A stretch of DNA of 58,614 nucleotides, taken from the IMG/VR virus record IMGVR_UViG_3300032305_000642, positions 1-58,614 of that record, one strand, 5' to 3'. Every line of letters starts with the position of its first letter. Positions within the stretch are counted from its first letter, which is position 1. This document shows, piece by piece, positions 55,277-58,614 of this stretch. The notes below the pieces were generated by a model. It saw only the letters and a program-made list of their open reading frames with translations. It searched no databases and had not been told where the DNA came from. The position numbers were made by a program, and so were the translations under genes. The stretch is from a virus. Lineage: Duplodnaviria > Caudoviricetes.

Positions 55277-55684
55277 ATGAACAAAAAAGCAAAACGTTAT
55301 GAAGATGGTGGAGAAATAGAATTCGAAACCAAAACTGGTGAAAACGAAATGATTAGCAAGATTCCCGGTATTCGTGAAAAGGCTATGAAATCCGTTGCTG
55401 AAGGTGGTCAGAAAGCTGCTCCTAAAGCTGCTCCTAAAGTTGTTTCTAAAACATACTCTAAACCTCAACCAGAATCTGATCGCGAAGAAAATTCTGATTG
55501 GATGAGACAGTTTAGAAAAGACGAAGCTGCTGCTAAAAAATCTTCGTTTGCAGGTAAAACCTCTGCGTTTGCAGATAAACCCTCTGCGTTTAAAAAAATG
55601 GCTAGCGGCGGCAAAGTATCATCCGCTTCAAGCCGTGCAGATGGTTGTGCAACTAAGGGTAAAACCAAAGGACGGATGATTTAA
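55277..55684 (+). CDS. Small Lys-rich protein
   Basis: YEDGG, MASGG, RADGCATKGKTKGRMI. Confidence 0.7.
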   Translation: MNKKAKRYEDGGEIEFETKTGENEMISKIPGIREKAMKSVAEGGQKAAPKAAPKVVSKTYSKPQPESDREENSDWMRQFRKDEAAAKKSSFAGKTSAFADKPSAFKKMASGGKVSSASSRADGCATKGKTKGRMI

Positions 55685-55962
55685 TGAGAGCTTCTCGCGG
55701 AATGGGCGCAGTAATGCCAAGCAAAATGCCGGGCAAGAAAATTATTCATCGTAAGGATAAGCCCCAGGACGTGGAGATGTATGCCGAAGGCGGCAAAGTT
55801 AATGCCGCTGGAAACTATACAAAGCCGGAGTTGCGCAAGCGCATCGTTTCTCAAGTTAAAGCAGCTGCAACACATGGTACTGGCGCAGGTCAGTGGTCTG
55901 CTCGTAAAGCACAACTAGTTGCCAAGAAGTACAAAGCGGCTGGCGGGGGGTATCGTGATTAA
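55684..55962 (+). CDS. Small basic protein
   Basis: SRGMGA, YAEGG, GQWSARKAQL. Confidence 0.7.
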   Translation: MRASRGMGAVMPSKMPGKKIIHRKDKPQDVEMYAEGGKVNAAGNYTKPELRKRIVSQVKAAATHGTGAGQWSARKAQLVAKKYKAAGGGYRD

Positions 55963-55982
55963 ATGGTTATGGAGATTATTCA

Positions 55983-56231
55983 ATGGCACTAGCCAAATCC
56001 CAACGGAGCCTCAAAGCGTGGGGCGACCAGAAGTGGACAACCAAGTCGGGGAAGAAGTCGTCCGAAACAGGCGAGCGATACCTGCCAAAAAAAGCAATTC
56101 AGTCCCTAAGTCCACAGGAGTACGCAGCAACAACACGCGCAAAGCGGGCAGGAAAAGCACGGGGGCAGCAGTTCGTACCGCAGCCAGCAAAAGTAAAAGC
56201 AAAAGTAAAACCGTTTAGAAAAGTTAGCTAA
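55983..56231 (+). CDS. Small basic protein
   Basis: QRSLKAW..QKW, ERYLP, QFVPQP. Confidence 0.7.
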   Translation: MALAKSQRSLKAWGDQKWTTKSGKKSSETGERYLPKKAIQSLSPQEYAATTRAKRAGKARGQQFVPQPAKVKAKVKPFRKVS

Positions 56232-56234
56232 AAG

Positions 56235-57188
56235 ATGACCGTAGCCTCTACTTCAGATTTCAACCTAGACTTATCAGAGATAGTCGAAGAAGCGTTCGAG
56301 CGTTGCGGCTCAGAGATGCGCACAGGTTATGATCTACGTACAGCGCGTCGCTCCCTCAATTTACTCTTTGCTGACTGGGCAAACCGTGGTATTAACATGT
56401 GGACTATTGAAGAGGGTCAGATCCCTCTTGTTCAAGGCGTTAGTACCTATGCCCTACCAAACCAAACCGTTGACCTGCTAGAGCACGTAATCCGCACTCA
56501 GGCTAACGTACAGAACAACCAAGCTGACTTAACCATCAGCCGTATTAGCGTGGATACCTACGCTACGATACCTAACAAGCTACAGCAAGCCAGACCCATT
56601 CAGATATGGATTCAGCGGTTAAATGCGCAAACTAGCGCAACGACTTCAACCTTGTCAGCAAACCTGTCCTCAACAGCCACTACCATCTACTTAAATAACG
56701 TGATTGGTTTACCTGCTGCAGGATTTGTTCAACTAGACAGCGAAGTAATTAGCTACAGTGCCTTAAACCAAACGGCTGACAGCAGCGCTGCTGGCACTTT
56801 ACTTAACTGCGGTCGTGGTCAACAAGGCACGTTCCCAGCAGCACACATCGCTACAACGGCTGTGGTTGAGGTCCAACCTCCTGCAATTACCGTATGGCCT
56901 ACCCCAGACCAAGGCACAGCTACAGCGCCCTATTACACGCTTGTGTACTGGCGTTTGCGTCGTATTAACAATGCGATGACTGGTACTAACAATATGGACA
57001 TCCCGTTCCGGTTCTTGCCTTGCTTGATTGCAGGGCTGTCTTATTACTTGGCTTTGAAGATTCCGGGTGCAGATGCACGTTTAGATATATTGAAGCAGCA
57101 GTATGATGAGGCTTGGGGCTTAGCAGCCACAGAAGATCGTGAGAAAGCTCCTCAGCGTTTTGTTCCACGCAGAATGTTTATAACTTAA
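56235..57188 (+). CDS. Head-tail adaptor-like protein with inserted beta domain
   Basis: EEAFERCG, WANRGIN, VWPTPD, PFRFLPC...GLSYYLA. Confidence 0.65.
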   Translation: MTVASTSDFNLDLSEIVEEAFERCGSEMRTGYDLRTARRSLNLLFADWANRGINMWTIEEGQIPLVQGVSTYALPNQTVDLLEHVIRTQANVQNNQADLTISRISVDTYATIPNKLQQARPIQIWIQRLNAQTSATTSTLSANLSSTATTIYLNNVIGLPAAGFVQLDSEVISYSALNQTADSSAAGTLLNCGRGQQGTFPAAHIATTAVVEVQPPAITVWPTPDQGTATAPYYTLVYWRLRRINNAMTGTNNMDIPFRFLPCLIAGLSYYLALKIPGADARLDILKQQYDEAWGLAATEDREKAPQRFVPRRMFIT

Positions 57189-57198
57189 GGAACAACGT

Positions 57199-57627
57199 GT
57201 GTCTAATAGATTTGCTTCAGGCCAATGGGCAATTTCGCAGTGCGACCGCTGCAATTTTCGCTATAAGCTTAAAGAACTAAGAACGGAGACTATTAAGACC
57301 AAGCCTTATAAGATTCGTGTTTGCAGGCAGTGTTGGGATCCAGATCATCCGCAGTTGCAGTTAGGTATGTACCCTGTAGAAGATCCGCAAGCCTTGCGTG
57401 ACCCAAGACCTGACAACACGTATTACCAAGGCGGTTTTAATGGTCTGCAGATAGAACAAAACGGTGGGTCAACAGTTGATGGATTTGGTGACCCAACAAT
57501 GGGTAGTAGGGTGTTCCAGTGGGGCTGGGCTCCAGTAGGCGGTTCAAGGTTGTTTGACAACGCGTTAACGCCAAATGACTTGATAGGTAACACACAACTT
57601 GGTACAGTAACGGTAAGTATAACTTAA
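57199..57627 (+). CDS. CxxC...CxxC virion-module protein
   Basis: CDRC, CRQC, DPDHPQ, DPQALRDPRPD. Confidence 0.65.
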   Translation: MSNRFASGQWAISQCDRCNFRYKLKELRTETIKTKPYKIRVCRQCWDPDHPQLQLGMYPVEDPQALRDPRPDNTYYQGGFNGLQIEQNGGSTVDGFGDPTMGSRVFQWGWAPVGGSRLFDNALTPNDLIGNTQLGTVTVSIT

Positions 57628-57636
57628 GGAGATAGC

Positions 57637-57819
57637 ATGTCATTCAAATCAGGCGCCGATGGCGTAACTAAAAAAGGTAAAACTAAGGGTAAAAACCTTG
57701 GTGATTCAGGTCCATCTATGGGCGTCCAAAAAGGCGGTAAGGGTGGCAAAGGCGGCATAACTAACGAAGCATTAAAAGCAATGGGTCGCAACATGGCTCG
57801 TTCTAAAAATCAGGGGTAA
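57637..57819 (+). CDS. Small Gly/Lys-rich protein
   Basis: ADGVTKKGKTKG; AAGGAG RBS. Confidence 0.65.
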   Translation: MSFKSGADGVTKKGKTKGKNLGDSGPSMGVQKGGKGGKGGITNEALKAMGRNMARSKNQG

Positions 57820-57821
57820 TC

Positions 57822-58058
57822 ATGGCTATTATTAATAACAAACCAGCTAGCGCATACGATGAGCCACACACAATGAGCGGAAAACCCGTAACAGGTGTTT
57901 TGTCTCAAACAACAGGCGCTAAAGTTATGGACGAAATGAATATCTCTGTTGGTAAGATTAACAAAGGTAACGAAAAAGGCACAAAGACTTCTGGCATTAA
58001 GATCCGTGGTACTGGTGCTGCTACTAAAGGCATCATGGCTAGAGGCCCAATGGCATAA
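57822..58058 (+). CDS. Small basic protein
   Basis: IRGTGAATKG. Confidence 0.65.
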   Translation: MAIINNKPASAYDEPHTMSGKPVTGVLSQTTGAKVMDEMNISVGKINKGNEKGTKTSGIKIRGTGAATKGIMARGPMA

Positions 58059-58614
58059 TGAATTACACAGAACTTTTTACGCAAATACAGACGTACACTG
58101 AGAATCAGTTCCCAGATACGTTTGTACAGGTAACTACTGGGGGTAGCCAGACTAACGTCAATGCTGTCACTCAGATCAACACCTTTATTATGCAGGCTGA
58201 AGATCGCATATATAACTCGGTGCAGATACCTTCTTTGCGTAAAAACGTTACTGGTAACTGCTCTAGCACTAGTAAGTACTTAGCTTGTCCAAATGACTAC
58301 CTGTCCACCTATTCATTAGCGGTTGTTGACGGTAGTGGTAACTACGAGTACTTGCTTAACAAAGACGTTAACTTTATTCGTCAGGCGTATCCAAACCCTG
58401 CTGATACTTGTTTACCTCGGTACTATGCGTTGTTTGGGTCTAGACTAAACGACCCTAACGAACTGACTTTTATCCTTGGCCCAGCCCCTAACGCTAACTA
58501 CAGCGCAGAGCTACACTACTTTTATGACCCAGCGTCTATTGTTACTGCTGGTACCTCATGGCTTGGCGATAACTATTCCCCTGTGCTTTTGTATGGTTCC
58601 CTTGTCGAGGCGTA
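58058..58614 (+). CDS. 3'-truncated adaptor/tail-tube-like structural protein
   Basis: MNYTELFTQIQTYTEN...FIMQAEDRI...LLYGSLVEA, open to the window end. Confidence 0.7.
   Translation, partial: MNYTELFTQIQTYTENQFPDTFVQVTTGGSQTNVNAVTQINTFIMQAEDRIYNSVQIPSLRKNVTGNCSSTSKYLACPNDYLSTYSLAVVDGSGNYEYLLNKDVNFIRQAYPNPADTCLPRYYALFGSRLNDPNELTFILGPAPNANYSAELHYFYDPASIVTAGTSWLGDNYSPVLLYGSLVEA

Noticed and set aside
55415-55590. Short tandem repeats (AAPK x2, SAF x2)
   Set aside because: Simple in-frame duplications in a low-complexity linker
55919-56218. 99-aa alternative-frame ORF, and the many antisense ORFs in the track
   Set aside because: They overlap better-supported genes, lack RBSs and recognisable motifs
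1-58614. Stop-codon recoding, introns/inteins or a diversity-generating retroelement
   Set aside because: Standard code gives dense, intact genes; no reverse transcriptase, intein motif or TR/VR pair seen

Overview
Near-complete (tail-fibre region apparently missing) ~58.6 kb genome fragment of a tailed dsDNA phage with podovirus-like architecture, circularly permuted. + strand 1-17.5 kb: lysis genes, tail nozzle, ejection proteins and a 3073-aa polyvalent protein. - strand 17.5-33 kb: replication arm (AEP primase/DUF927 helicase, SSB-like, SNF2 helicase, PD-(D/E)XK nuclease, Leu762-type PolA) coupled to a GT10 + radical SAM + GT2 + GT-A cluster. - strand 33-43 kb: AAA/vWA-peptidase module and many small early genes. 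+ strand 43.4-58.6 kb: terminase, portal, GroES-like, scaffold, capsid and a run of small Lys-rich proteins. I saw no integrase, tRNA or CRISPR array. Most notable: (1) the glycosylation/radical-SAM operon; (2) six copies of the palindrome GGGAACA-WW-TGTTCCC in an early region that by eye lacks GGCC and CCWGG; (3) a shared hydrophobic-x-x-GG motif in many virion-associated proteins; (4) a PhaR-box-like site before a 38-aa peptide, facing a candidate anti-SD sRNA; (5) a chained-pseudoknot leader RNA and a perfect cloverleaf element; (6) an unannotated secreted six-Cys peptide. All family calls come from motif recognition by eye, not database searches.
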